Shown: positions 10,727-23,804, counted from the stretch's first letter. The stretch: DNA of 64,000 nucleotides from Azolla caroliniana (GCA_043228905.1 JBHGNT010000011.1:17298001-17362000), one strand, 5' to 3'. Translations and numbers: made by a program. The notes: generated by a model not told the origin, from the sequence alone.

Positions 10727-13700
10727 TGTCGAATACATGTGTATAATGGACGTATTCACACTATCCCGTTTTGGCCATTTATGTAATTAGCATAAAGGGT
10801 AGTTGCCCTAAGTCGGTCACTATATATAGTGACCTTGTAACCTTTTTGTAAGGTTGGGTGTTGTATTATTGCTTTATGGAATAAGGAGTCTCTTTGTGCC
10901 TCTCTGTCTCTCTCCCTCTCTCTCTCTCTGTGCAACGACCTACAAACTGTCATACGCAGGTATTCAGAACACAATCAAATGCTACTTGATCTTCCGCAAA
11001 GACGACTTTGTCTCCAACATCTGGTATCAGAGCCTGCACAGTAGTCGGTCCTTCAATCCGCTGTCGGCCGTCGTCTCAGCATTCGGTTTCCTGCGTCATT
11101 CGAAGAAGAGAGAAGAAGAAGAAAAACGAGGCCTGCATCTCATCGCGTTAGATCATCTTTGCTTGGAGTAAGCCAGCAGGTTGTACTCCGTTCCTTGTGA
11201 TCGTAACCGCTCGAGGTGAAATCCCCTTGTGCAACTTTGACACGATCGTGCTCCATTCGGTTAAACGGCATCCGAAGAGGTCATCAAACGCTGCTCGCCG
11301 CTCATTGTAACCACTCGGTGCAGATCGGTCTCAAGACAACAACCCCAATTCGTGCTTCATCCGGCTGATCGACATTCGAGAGGATCAGTTGGATCCATCT
11401 CTCTCGTCGCTGCAGTCACCCGAAGCCGAATCGGTCCAGATAATCGGTTTCAATAATCGGTATTCGGCATATATATCCGAAACGAACCGGGCTCACTCCG
11501 ACTCGGCAACATTCGGGAAGACCAGTCGGTTCTGTCCCTCAAGCTACCGGAGTCAATTCGAGCAAGTTCCGAAGCCGAACCGACTCGGGTTCAAATCCGA
11601 CTAGAACGATATCGGGTGAGCCAACCGGCTGCACTCCAACAAGGTTCGTAGTCAACTCCGAACCGAGCTTCGTCAACCGAAACCAAATTTGATGGCGTCA
11701 ACATCCGGCTCGTCAGAAATGAGTCTACGAAAGTTCGATGGATCGAACTTCAACTTCTGGAAGGAACAAATGCAGGACTATCTCATAGTCAAGGGGCAAA
11801 TCGACCCCATCGAAAATGAAGAACCTCCAGAAGGATACAAACCAATTGAGTGGCAGAAGCTGGACAGAATCGTCCGCGCCACGATTCGGATGCACCTATC
11901 GGAATCGGTATACTTTACGGTGCAATCGTGTACGACAGCATTCGAACTGTGGAAAACACTGTCGGACACTTACGAAAAGAAGGTCGCCGCAACGAAGATG
12001 TTTCTGATCCGGCGCCTCTACAACTTGCGGATGAAAGAATCCGATTCGGTCCAAGCACACCTCAATGAGTACGAAAGCATAAGCTCCCAAATCTCGTCAC
12101 AGGGGACGGCAATCGAGGATGAACTCAGAGCAATGATACTCATGAGCAGCCTTCCCTCATCATGGGAAACTTTCGTCACAACCGTGTGCAACGCGTCAAC
12201 CACGGCTGTTAAATACTCCGAAGTCACGAGCGCAATCCTGACCGAAGCAGCTCGGAGAAAGTCTTTCGCCAAAGACTCAACAGACGACGCTTACGTAGTA
12301 CAAGGTTCGACAGACCGATCGAACATACGAGGAAGAGATTCCTCACGGCCGCCGAACAATCAGCGAAGACGGAGCCAATCACGGGATAACCGAATCTGCA
12401 ACTATTGCAAGAAACCCGGACACATCAAAGCCGACTGCCGCGCACTCAAGAACAAGAACAACAAGAAAAGTGGCCGGCATGAGGAGATCAATTACATCAG
12501 CTTCTCAGCGGATGTACTACCGGACGACCCGAATATACTATCAATCGAAAATCCAGTCGGATCAGAAGTTCTACTCACGACTGAAGAATCGAGCACATGG
12601 CTCTTAGATTCGGGCGCGTCATTTCACGTGACTCCTCATCGATCCCAATTTCGGCAATATACGATCCGTCACTCCGACTCAGTTCGAGTCGGCAACTCAC
12701 AACACTGTGACATCATCGGAATCGGCACAGTAGAGCTCAACCTTGCAGGTGGCTCTACACTTGTACTCCACAATGTCCGACATGTACCCGAGCTCTCAAG
12801 GCCATTGATCTCAGTCGGACAACTAGATGAAGACGGCATTCGTGCCGGTTTTTCTTCGGGAGGGTGGACACTCCACAGGGGGAACCTCCTGCTTGCTAGA
12901 GGACCCAAGATACACTCCCTGTATCCGTTACATGTTACGCTCAGAGAGGGTAACCTGTTTTTGGTGGATATTCCTGTGTCATCACTATGGCACCGAAGAT
13001 TAGGACACCTCAGCAAGGCCGGCATCACGCATCTATCTAGAGCCGGATACATCCCCAAACTCTCCTTCTCGGACCATCAATTCTGCGAGCATTGCCAGTA
13101 TGGCAAACAAGCAGCCGCATCACACCCGACATCAGCACCAAGAGAAACGAGACCTCTTGATTTGGTCCACTCGGACGTCTGTGGCCCAATGCCGCATCAG
13201 TCTCTCGGCGGTGCCTCTTACTTCGTCACTTTTATTGACGATTCAACTCGAAAGGTGTGGGCTTATCCAATTCGCACCAAAGATCGGGTCTTCTCGATCT
13301 TCACCGATTGGCTCGCTATGGTAGAAAATCAAACCGACCGAAAGCTGAAATGCTTTCGGACAGACAATGGGGGAGAGTTTAAATCCGAAGAATTCGTCAA
13401 ATTCTGCCGACAACGCGGCATCCGACGTGAATTTACGGCACCACACAGTCCGGAGCAAAACGGGATTGCCGAACGCATGAATCGGACAATCCAAGAACGG
13501 ACAGTTTCCATGCTCCAACACTCCGGACTGTCGGATGGCTTCTGGGCAGAGGCTCTACTCACGGCAGTACACATAATCAATATGTCGCCAAGTAGACCTC
13601 TAGGACTTCAAATTCCTCAGGAACTATGGATCGGCAGTAAGCCGAATTACGACAAGCTGAGGATCTTCGGATGCGAGGCGTACGCCCTTATTCCGAAAGA

Positions 13701-16191
13701 TGATCGCCGAAAACTTGCACCTCGGTCCAGGAAATGCATTTTCCTTGGATATGGATCCGACGGCGAAATGGGATACCGACTCTGGGACCCCGAACGCAGA
13801 CAAATCGTTCGAAGTTCGGACGTTGTGTTCAACGAGTCGGCTATGAATCCATCAGTCGAAAAACCGATCGAAGTCCGAAGGGTAACATTTTCCGATGTGC
13901 CGACCCTTCAAGAAGGCCCCGCTCTCAACACACGGTCAGCTTCACGGGTAGCCGAACCTTACACTACCGACTCGGACGACCCCGACTCGGCACAGCAGAA
14001 CAATCCGCTTTCGGACCATCCGACCTCGATACCCGATGCGACCAGTCCAATCATACCTCGACGATCCGAGAGACTGTCGCAACCTCCGGAGAGGTATTCT
14101 CCTGGAATTTTCTTCACCGACGCCGGCGAACCGACGTCTTACGAAGAAGCATCGACATCTGTCGATTCAGCCACCTGGCATCTGGCGATGGAGTCGGAAA
14201 TGCACTCCATTCGGGCAAACAAGACTTGGGATCTGGTCGAATTACCTAGGAACCGACGTGCTCTTCCTTGCAAGTGGGTTTATCGACTAAAAGAGACGTC
14301 TGATTCGACCACCCCAAAGTACAAGGCCAGATTAGTTGCGAAGGGCTTCCGACAAGAATATGGCGTCGACTTCGACGAGATTTTTTCACCAGTGGTGAAA
14401 ATGACAACCCTCCGTTTTCTACTCGGCGTAGTGGCAGCCGACAACTTGGAGCTAATTCAGCTAGATGTCAAAACAGCCTTCCTCCATGGTGATCTTGACG
14501 AGGAAATTTATATGGAGCAGCCAAAAGGCTTTGTGGCAACTGGCCAAGAACATCTAGTCTGCCGACTCAGGAAGAGTCTATATGGCCTCAAACAGGCACC
14601 GCGACAATGGTACAAGAAGTTCGACGACTTCATCCAATCGATCGGCTTCTCCAAAAGCGATGAGGACCATTGTCTCTTCACCAACACAGCTCAAGATGGA
14701 TCACCCATCTTCCTCATCATTTACGTGGACGACATGCTAATTTCTGGACGCCACGCGGGCGAACTTGCCGATCTCATTCGGCAACTGCGATTGAAGTTTG
14801 CCATGAAGGACCTCGGTCCGGCACGACACATACTCGGCATGAAGATTAGTCGGCATCGCGACAAACGACATCTTTTTTTGTCTCAGACCGACTACATCGG
14901 ACGTGTCTTGGAACGCTTCAACATGCAATCAGCCAAATCTGCTTCAACCCCGCTCCCAATGAATCTTCGGCTCTCTCAGCGAGACTGCCCGACATTCGGC
15001 CCGGAGGGGGAAGATATGAAGTCGGTACCGTATGCACCGGCAGTCGGCTCCCTTATGTACCTGATGGTCGCGACACGGCCTGATATTTCTCATGTCGTAG
15101 GAGTCGTTAGCAGATTTATGCACAATCCTGGCCGATCGCATTGGAACGCAGTCAAGCATGTGTTCAGATATCTGGCTGGCACAAAAGACCATGGCATTCT
15201 TTTCGGTCCGAACCGAACCTCAGGCGTAGTCGGTTACACCGACTCGGACTTCGCCGGCTGTATAGACAGTCGGAAATCAACAACCGGATACTGCTTCAAA
15301 TTCGGCAATGGAGCAATCTCGTGGAAGTCGAAACTTCAGGAGTGCACAGCGACCTCAACGACCGAAGCAGAATATGTAGCTGCGTCCGACGCAGCAAAAG
15401 AAGCTTTGTGGCTCGGTCGGCTGGCGCACACGTTTCGACAAGTCGATCATGACTCGGCTCCAGTTGTCTACAGCGACAGTCAAGGTGCTGTTGCCTTGTC
15501 GAAAAATCCGGTTCACCACAACGCCTCCAAACATATCGACGTTCGATATCACTTCGTTCGGGACTGCGTCATTTCAGGGAAAATCGGTCTAGAGAAAATA
15601 TCCACAACCGACAATGTCGCAGATGGAATGACCAAGTGTCTTTCGGCAGACCGTTTTCGGTCTCTTCGGCATCAGATGGGCGTAACGACAAACCAGTCCG
15701 GTTAGAGCCGGACACAGAGCAGGATGGTTCCCGACAACCGACATCAGTTCCTTAATGATCGGCTTCAACTGTTCCGACCCGACCAGTTCGGTCTTCTGCC
15801 TTCGGACCCTGCCGACTCGAACAAAGCTGATATGTCCGAGAACCTAAGTCTATACCTGTAATCTTAGATAACCCATGTATACGCCCATTACGGGGGAGTG
15901 TCGAATACATGTGTATAATGGACGTATTCACACTATCCCGTTTTGGCCATTTATGTAATTAGCATAAAGGGTAGTTGCCCTAAGTCGGTCACTATATATA
16001 GTGACCTTGTAACCTTTTTGTAAGGTTGGGTGTTGTATTATTGCTTTATGGAATAAGGAGTCTCTTTGTGCCTCTCTGTCTCTCTCCCTCTCTCTCTCTC
16101 TGTGCAACGACCTACAAACTGTCATACGCAGGTATTCAGAACACAATCAAATGCTACTTGATCTTCCGCAAAGACGACTTTGTCTCCAACA
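10727..16191 (+). mobile_element. Intact Ty1/copia LTR retrotransposon; LTRs 10727-11019 and 15899-16191 (293 bp), tRNAi-Met PBS 11022-11034, PPT 15892-15898
   Basis: TG...CA LTRs identical by eye (ORF-track translations identical at offset 5172). PBS TGGTATCAGAGCC, PPT GGGGGAG, single uninterrupted gag-pol ORF. Confidence 0.97.
11692..15705 (+). CDS. Copia gag-pol polyprotein (about 1337 aa; GAG-PR-INT-RT-RH), Tnt1-like
   Basis: KFDGSNFNFWK, CNYCKKPGHIKADC, WLLDSGAS, LWHRRLGH..CEHC, HSDVCGP/TDNGGEF/EQNGIAER, LDVKTAFLHG, YVDDM, YTDSDFA..EAEY..DSQGA. The integrase precedes RT, which is copia order. Confidence 0.96.
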   Translation: MASTSGSSEMSLRKFDGSNFNFWKEQMQDYLIVKGQIDPIENEEPPEGYKPIEWQKLDRIVRATIRMHLSESVYFTVQSCTTAFELWKTLSDTYEKKVAATKMFLIRRLYNLRMKESDSVQAHLNEYESISSQISSQGTAIEDELRAMILMSSLPSSWETFVTTVCNASTTAVKYSEVTSAILTEAARRKSFAKDSTDDAYVVQGSTDRSNIRGRDSSRPPNNQRRRSQSRDNRICNYCKKPGHIKADCRALKNKNNKKSGRHEEINYISFSADVLPDDPNILSIENPVGSEVLLTTEESSTWLLDSGASFHVTPHRSQFRQYTIRHSDSVRVGNSQHCDIIGIGTVELNLAGGSTLVLHNVRHVPELSRPLISVGQLDEDGIRAGFSSGGWTLHRGNLLLARGPKIHSLYPLHVTLREGNLFLVDIPVSSLWHRRLGHLSKAGITHLSRAGYIPKLSFSDHQFCEHCQYGKQAAASHPTSAPRETRPLDLVHSDVCGPMPHQSLGGASYFVTFIDDSTRKVWAYPIRTKDRVFSIFTDWLAMVENQTDRKLKCFRTDNGGEFKSEEFVKFCRQRGIRREFTAPHSPEQNGIAERMNRTIQERTVSMLQHSGLSDGFWAEALLTAVHIINMSPSRPLGLQIPQELWIGSKPNYDKLRIFGCEAYALIPKDDRRKLAPRSRKCIFLGYGSDGEMGYRLWDPERRQIVRSSDVVFNESAMNPSVEKPIEVRRVTFSDVPTLQEGPALNTRSASRVAEPYTTDSDDPDSAQQNNPLSDHPTSIPDATSPIIPRRSERLSQPPERYSPGIFFTDAGEPTSYEEASTSVDSATWHLAMESEMHSIRANKTWDLVELPRNRRALPCKWVYRLKETSDSTTPKYKARLVAKGFRQEYGVDFDEIFSPVVKMTTLRFLLGVVAADNLELIQLDVKTAFLHGDLDEEIYMEQPKGFVATGQEHLVCRLRKSLYGLKQAPRQWYKKFDDFIQSIGFSKSDEDHCLFTNTAQDGSPIFLIIYVDDMLISGRHAGELADLIRQLRLKFAMKDLGPARHILGMKISRHRDKRHLFLSQTDYIGRVLERFNMQSAKSASTPLPMNLRLSQRDCPTFGPEGEDMKSVPYAPAVGSLMYLMVATRPDISHVVGVVSRFMHNPGRSHWNAVKHVFRYLAGTKDHGILFGPNRTSGVVGYTDSDFAGCIDSRKSTTGYCFKFGNGAISWKSKLQECTATSTTEAEYVAASDAAKEALWLGRLAHTFRQVDHDSAPVVYSDSQGAVALSKNPVHHNASKHIDVRYHFVRDCVISGKIGLEKISTTDNVADGMTKCLSADRFRSLRHQMGVTTNQSG

Positions 16192-17160
16192 GTTGGATGG
16201 TTTGCACTAGCATCATTTTTGTTTTCTCCACATTCATTGCTAATCCACCACTATGGCATAAATTCTTCTATTACCCCAAGTAGATGTTGCATACTATCAA
16301 CATTATATTAGAAGAGTACCACATCATTTGCATATAGAAGTAATAAGGTAACATGTTGCATCAATTTGGGGGCATTCAATCTTTCTTCTATTGCAACCTT
16401 ATTCACCACTTCTTCTAATTTATCAATACATAAGCCAAAGAGTGTGGGTGATAGTGGACATCCTTGCTTGACCCCGATGTTACTTAAAAAGTGCTTTGAG
16501 AATCCACTATCCATCTTTAGTTGGCATTTAACTTGTTCATATAGGCGTGCAACAGCAACTCGGTACTCTAATGGCATGTCAATTTCTATCATTCTATTCC
16601 AAAGCTCACTTCGTGGTACGGTATCAAAAGCTTTCTTGAAATCAACAAAACAACAATAAAGTGTTTTTCCTTGTAGTCGACTCTCTTCCATGATTACTCT
16701 CAATATGACCAAATGATCCACAATGTGGAGTATTCTGCATTAAATCCCACTTGCCCAAGTGCTCTTTTGCTTGTACTTTTAGCCCATGTACTTATCTTTT
16801 GCTCCATAATAGTGCTATATAATTTAGCAATAGTTGAGCTCACCATTATTGTACGATAATTTGATACTTGATCTTATCTCCGGCTTTAAATATTGATTTA
16901 ATCCTATTCATAAGCCAATCATTTGGAAAACCTTGTTTTATAGGTTGCTCTATAATTGTCATTATCCAATGGCGAGTATATGGCATTGTCCATTTTAAAA
17001 GCTCACTTGAGATGTAGGATGCATCTCGCCATCTTCTTTATTCCCTTATTGACGTCATCAATATCGATGCATGTAGTGCATGGTGTTTCAATTTTCTCAA
17101 CCATAGGAGCCACACCTTCATGCATATATAACCTTTGTACATAGTCTAACATCTCTTCAT
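16192..17160 (-). mobile_element. Decayed non-LTR (LINE) reverse transcriptase fragment, cut off at the copia 3' LTR
   Basis: CFVDFKKAFDTVPR, GVKQGCPLSPTLFGL, LLYANDVVL (YADD variant), then GLAMNVEKTKMMLVQTIQ running up to position 16192. Confidence 0.85.
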
Positions 17161-18617
17161 TTGTAAAGAGAGAGAGAGAGAGAGTTGAGGGGAAGTATTA
17201 AGGAATGGGACAACAATAATCCCAAAAATTTGTAATAAACTTTCTCAATCTATTAATAAAAAACATATTGTTTTTTTGAAAATGGTTATTGCAAGTTGAG
17301 TGGGATTGAATGGAGAGGAAAACAAAAGGTATGACATATAGAAAGAACCCAACAAAATATAAAATACTTGAAAAACATGAAAACATAGTTGGGGTGAATC
17401 AAGTTTTCCCAAAGGGATCAATATGACTCATACCTTGTAATGTCTCACTTTGAAGGATCACAATGGGTTAACCAGAGGGATTGGGGGGCATCACTCCCCA
17501 ATGGCAGAGACCTCAGACCATGTCATACATCTACACATAAAACCACTTACCTTTCCACTTCATGCAACCGCGAAAGTCTCAAAGGCATCTTAACTTAATT
17601 TAAATTAAGTCACGCTTAATCAATACAGTAATATGAAATATATTAGTCTCAATTCAATATAGAATTACTAAATAAGAAACATGAGAGGTGTCTCAATTAA
17701 ATAAAGAATTACTAAATAAGAAACATGTACATCTCAATAAATTTTGTGGAAAAGCTACATTGGTTCTTGGTGGATGTAAAGGGGAGAGAATGAGGACCAA
17801 AACATAGCCCCCAAGTTAGGGCACTCATTGACCCTTTTTATGTTAGGCCCATGCTCACCAAGGAGACATTGCTGACAATAGTTGAATCACCATACTGAAT
17901 CAGGGATCCACTCACTCAACTATTTCTTACCATAATTTCTTTTCACCATATGTATATGATTTCAAATGTATTGTGTAATTTCATTCATTTTGTCAAATGC
18001 CTATTGTAATATGTAAAATTTATAAACATTTTCCTCATTTAATCCACCTAAACCACTTTCGATTTGGCTAGCTACCAATTTTAGTCAGTTAAATTTATTT
18101 GTAAGTAATTATGCAATAAAACTACGATAGCAATAAGAACAACAAAAGGGAGATAGTGAATTCCCTTGTGACGCCCATAGGGGAAGTTATCCCAACAAAG
18201 GCTCTATAATAAAAAAATTATTGGTAGGACTATCCATAAGAGAACACACTCATTTTTCTTGTGGAATTTAAGACACTCTTTCGTGTAGGTAGGAGCATAC
18301 CATCCACCACTTACTACATTTTTTCTGACAAAAAATTGCTTCACATTAGTTAGATGAATCACATATACATATCAAGCTATGTACACTCTAAGTATGTATA
18401 GATACTCTACTATTTACATGTCGTTTTCGTATGTATTTGGCTATCGTTGTGTAACACCTTAGGTAATAAAAAAGGGGGGCAATCATTGTCCACATAACAA
18501 CAAATTGTTGCACGATAAAACATGTTATTTTTCAACAAGCATCAAAACACATCTAGTAAGCTTGAACACAACTAGACATTGATATCACCGAAAGCAATAT
18601 GGGTGATGTGCTAGTCA

Positions 18618-19010
18618 GGGGGGGTAGAACCACTGAGGCGGCTAGTAGCACCATTTCAGATGTCCTGACGTAAAGTCCACCAATGGTGTGGTTTCCTAAA
18701 GTGAGATAAATTGTGCTTGTGCCAACTCTTGAGATTCTGAATCACCCTGTTGTTTTTTCGATTTGTGCATGCAAGGATACCATTAGATCAGTCCACATAG
18801 TTGTGATGGAATTTGCAATTGTGTGTGTTTCCACTGAATACCATTTGAGACATCTGAATTTCCAAATGTTCCACAAGTCGATTGATGCCACAGTTGACCA
18901 TGTTGCTTGTAGATCTCATTATCCCCAAATTCGCGTGCATCCAATCATTGTCCATGACAGTGGGTTATGTGCACTATGAGGGCTAAGGAGGAGTAAGGTG
19001 CCCCACATAT
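18618..19010 (-). mobile_element. Second L1-type LINE ORF2 C-terminal remnant
   Basis: Minus-strand translation W..VASIDLWNIWKFRC...MWTDL...LKWCY*PPQWFYPP parallels the IWKARC...LRWNYAIP tail at 4376-4606. Confidence 0.55.
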
Positions 19011-22000
19011 CCATGCATTCTTTTGTAGATAGTAGATACCACCATATAACATAACCAAATGAAATTGAGCCTTCCATGCCACATGCCACTAATTCTTTCC
19101 ACCACTTACTACTTATATATGGTGAAACTTACTTCCTATTTTCCCTCCCCTCCATGAATTGGGGAAAAAGTGAGCTTGACTTTAATAAAAAGAAAAACCA
19201 AGGTTCAAAGCTAAATTTGGCAAGCAATGAAATTCAAACCTACATCTTTGAATCTCACGTGTTCAACCTCTCATGTTTATCAACATTAACCTCACCAAAC
19301 TCTAATGGCATGCTCCAAACATGAACTCACTCTCTCGTGAAGAGCCTTTTATGGGGAACTTCTAGTGAGTTCAATATGGGACAACCTTACAAGTTCTCTT
19401 TGTGGTCAGCTTCATGCAAGAGAACTTCACATGAGAAATTCAAATATTTCCATCCTGACTATGATTTAAAACTCTAAAGATTTCCTTCATGGGTAGCTTA
19501 ACATAATATAACTCATTGAGTTCTATCATGTGGGGCTCATCATGATAGAACACATCGAGTTTTATTGTGTTGAGCTTTTACACACAAAGGAACTCCTTGT
19601 ATAGTTGCACATTGTGTAGTGGTACTACACGTCATGTTGAGCTTTCCATTGTGTGATCAAAGCTTTTATGCAATGTGCAAGCTACAATAACATTGTGCAC
19701 ACATCTTTACAATATTACATGCACAGAAGTGCACACACTCTGTGTCGTAACACCAAGTGCTCTCGCACCTCTCAAAGGAAGAGAACCATCAATGGCAAAA
19801 TAAGTGCACACACTTAAGGTCATAACATTAAGTTCTCTTGCACATCTCAAAGGAAGAAAATGACCAAGGGCACACTCGCGTATTGACTTACACATTTGGT
19901 TCTTGCCAGAATATAAGGGAATCGACACCAAACCCCATCTTCCTTAACCCAAGGCACTCGTGGTCTCACTCACATTTCACACACACACACACAAATGCAC
20001 GCGCGGTTTTTAATAACATCGCTAACAAAGAAAAAAGACAATAGGGGGGGGTAGAAGACAAGATTTGTGAAAATAAGTATATAGTTCCTTGAGAAATAAT
20101 GAGGATACAAAGAGTTTCCCTAGGAGGATTTTTGTAGATTAGTGCAAGTTAGAGTATAGAAATTTTCTATTCCTTGGTTGGATTGGCATATTGTTTTCTT
20201 TATGGCATATAGGAAATCAGAAGAGAATGTGTGGAGTCATGCAAATTGGGCATTTTGATTTTCCTTGATTCTTGTGAATCATTGGATTGTTTCTTATTTG
20301 GGCTCATTTGACTAACATACCCTCAAGTTTTCCTCTACGAAAGTTGTTTCGGGGTAACATAGAGATGATAACCTTCAAACTCATGGAAAGGATACTTTTT
20401 TAGAGCTCCTATAGTTTGTTTATTGCTCCACGTGATATATTTGGTCAATCATTAATTATTCATCTTTCTCTTACCAAAACTTCACCATAAAACCACAACA
20501 TCGTTATTTGTCTTATTTTATCAATCAACTATGAGCTTAAAAAAAGGCATATTCTACAAATTGTTCACGTTTATTCCAAGAGATAAAACCAATATTATAT
20601 CCTTTTTCCACGTTGTTGATAAGTATGATCCTTCTATTAAAGCAAACGTTTAGATTGTGGTTTGTTATTAATGAAGGATCATACGATATGACACATACTA
20701 CTTTCTCAATAATTCATCTCAAAATAACTTGTAGTCAAGTTTAATCTGGTGAGGCAGGATCTTGTCGTTGTTTTCCAATTCTATTCCATGTAAAGACTTG
20801 GGCAATTTTTATTAAATTCTCTCTCATTGTATCCTCCATATCAATTATCCTCATCACAAGTACATTATATCCTTATGAATCCTTAATAGTCAATGAATGT
20901 AAATGACATTTTGGGCAATGGTTCTCGGACCTTTTTTAGACTTAAAACCTATTTGTGTGGGTAAACAAACAACAAAGGTGCTTTATAAATGCCTTGTACA
21001 TGGGCTTATATTATTCTATAATTAGACTAACCAAGCATCAATCTCCCACTATCTATAACACAATCTCACAAAACATCGTAGTTTAAACTTCACCATATAG
21101 TTATATTACCTAATCAAAATAATAAAGCACAATCCCTTACTCATGCACATTTTTGTAAAGTGTAGTACTTATGGTTATCGAGTCAATAATGTTTTGTAAC
21201 TGTTGATGTATCCATTGCTTTCTGGGGATCTATTTTTGTTTATACAGCCATGTTAACAATATAACGACTATATAATCAAATGAATGAACCTACATTGCAA
21301 CACAAGGTTTGTCAAGATTTCCATGGGTTTGTTTCTTTCAAACAATTCTAAAATTGATTTTACAATTGTTTTAGAAGAACTTCAAATGAATTCTCAAATG
21401 AGGTGCCATCACAATTATCGTTTGGGCATATTTGAATGTGTACATCATCAACGATGTGAAAAGCATAATTCTATCATGAATAGGTCCTACAATAAGTTGT
21501 AAAGATAATGTAATAAAACGAAAACATTTTCAAATGTATGTAAGCCTCTTTACATGAAAGCAAAAGCCATTCAATGTTATTCTTCTGTATATTATATTGA
21601 CATTGTAAAATTTCTTTGATAAGTGTTTCTAAAAATTTGTACTAAAGGTTATTGATCTCAATAACATGTGAGTGGATCCTTGTAAGAGTTTCAATTCATT
21701 TTGTTGTTGTCTATACAAAAAAAAACTCAATGCCAACCCTATGCACATGAGTATGATGTCACAAGATTCGTTTTAGCACGTCTCACTCTTGTCCGAACGG
21801 TACTGTCTTTTAGTGACGGTAAGAAGATTGTTACTTTAATACATATCTATGCCTTTTATGATGCAACACCATCTTTTCACATTATTGGGTTGTAAATTGA
21901 CGTTTATGAGAAAATAATACTAATAGTGCATTATTAGACTCCTTGATATAGACTTGAATATGTAAGTTTATAACCCATTTTATCTAATTACAAAGCGTAA

Positions 22001-23755
22001 ATTCTATTAGCATGTCTCACACTCATGTGTTGTCCTTTGTGACTATAATGTCTAATGAAGGTAAAGGAAATGCTTTAATATTGTGATTTGGCACACAATG
22101 TATGCAATTTAGTTTAGGATACTATACAATGATCTCCGTTGACAAAGAAAAATCCATCTAGAAGTAGTAATTCCCATACAATCTACTCTCTCTCTCTCTC
22201 TCTCGATATGATGATGAAGTTAAATGAATTGATTTAATTAAAAAACAAGCAATGGAAAAATATATACATTAATGTACATTGTTATTCTTTGTTTTTGTGC
22301 CGTGAAGACAAGATCCTTTACAAAAAGTAAGAAGATGACGCTTTTCATCCTTTTGTTTTTATTCCCATTGTGCAAGCTTGTGACACATACGGATCTCTAA
22401 ACATATTATGCTGCATGCTCCAAAAGATCCCATGAAACATGCTTGATCACATGTAGGAAGATTAAAACTTTCTGTGTGTAGATAGATGAAGAAAAAAACT
22501 TGGTACTATTTGAATTACTTATGAAACTAGAGATAGCATTTGAAAGTACACAAATGAGACGAATTCAATAAATGTGTGCGGTGTTAATGAAGAAACTCCA
22601 CACATTACAAATAGAGTCGTGGATGACATGAGGTTGACGGTAATGTGAGATCGCATTGACATAACCAATATTGATGGTGGGTTTGCAAAAGGTGACAAAG
22701 TATGTGACACGCGAGGAAGCACGCATATGCATATCAAATATCACATGCGTATAAAACAAGCCTTGCATATAAAGGTTGAGGTAAGGTTTCACACGAAACT
22801 TTGCATTTGATCACAACATTTCAATTTTGAAAACAAACTCTTCCAGGTAATATGAATTATTTATACATGATGAACATGCGCACATCGTCGCCTTGAGCAT
22901 TTATTTGAACAATCCATTCCATTTGTGACACTTTACATCGAAGTTCCAAAACAAGTTTTAGATCTACGCGAGAACTGTGATCTGTGGAACTTGTGCATAA
23001 CGAGAACTTGACTTGATCGATCGTCTGGAACAAGATTAAAATAGCTCAAATCGAGGTATCTAAGGATTGTGTAAACCGAGTTCCAAGCCAAAACGGGTGT
23101 GTAGCATTGTTGGCATTTTGACTCGAGTATTTGGAGAACTTCAATTTCATGAAACGGGCACTCTTGGGGCGGAAACAATGTTCAAAAGCGTTGGATTTGG
23201 ATGTTGGTTGAGAAAAGCTTGCGTCACATGGATTACCGCAAGAATATTAGGAAGCATCAATGTTGGGTAGGAGGAGACTAATCTATGGGAGGTGTGTGTG
23301 TGAGGCCATGCCATGCCATGTTGATGAGAGAGAAAGAAAGAAATATTAATCTCTTTTAAGAGGTTAAAATGGCCTGTAAGGCCAAACGAGAGAGAGAGAG
23401 AGAGAGAGAGAGATGGGTGATGGAGATCCTTTTCCTAATTTTGAGGTATTAGGGAATGCATCGTAATTGGGATATGGGGAATGCTTTTGTATTTGATGGT
23501 GGGCATGGAGTGAAAGCATATCTATGAAAGTTGAAGGGAGTACTCATGTGACGATTTTAATTATTGGAGCAAGTACAAATTCTTTCTTCAATAGTGGAGT
23601 GTTTGTTCATGTTGCCTATTGGTGATTCAACATGTTCTACTACCCATCATGTAGTGTAGTTAGTGGGGTGACCATACTCTATTGTGACACACATTGTAAA
23701 GGGTGTTTTTCTCACACATTTATTTTAATATAATTGTGAATTTGTGTGTTTTCAC

Positions 23756-23804
<49 letters not shown>

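Noticed and set aside
11778-15552. Many short alternate-frame and antisense ORFs within the copia
   Set aside because: Expected by-products of a GC-rich long ORF.
16196-16200. GATGG after the copia as the TSD partner of GATGG before the Gypsy LTR (8167-8171)
   Set aside because: It is offset 4 nt from the LTR end, is part of the LINE RT reading frame, and no Gypsy 3' LTR is present; likely chance.
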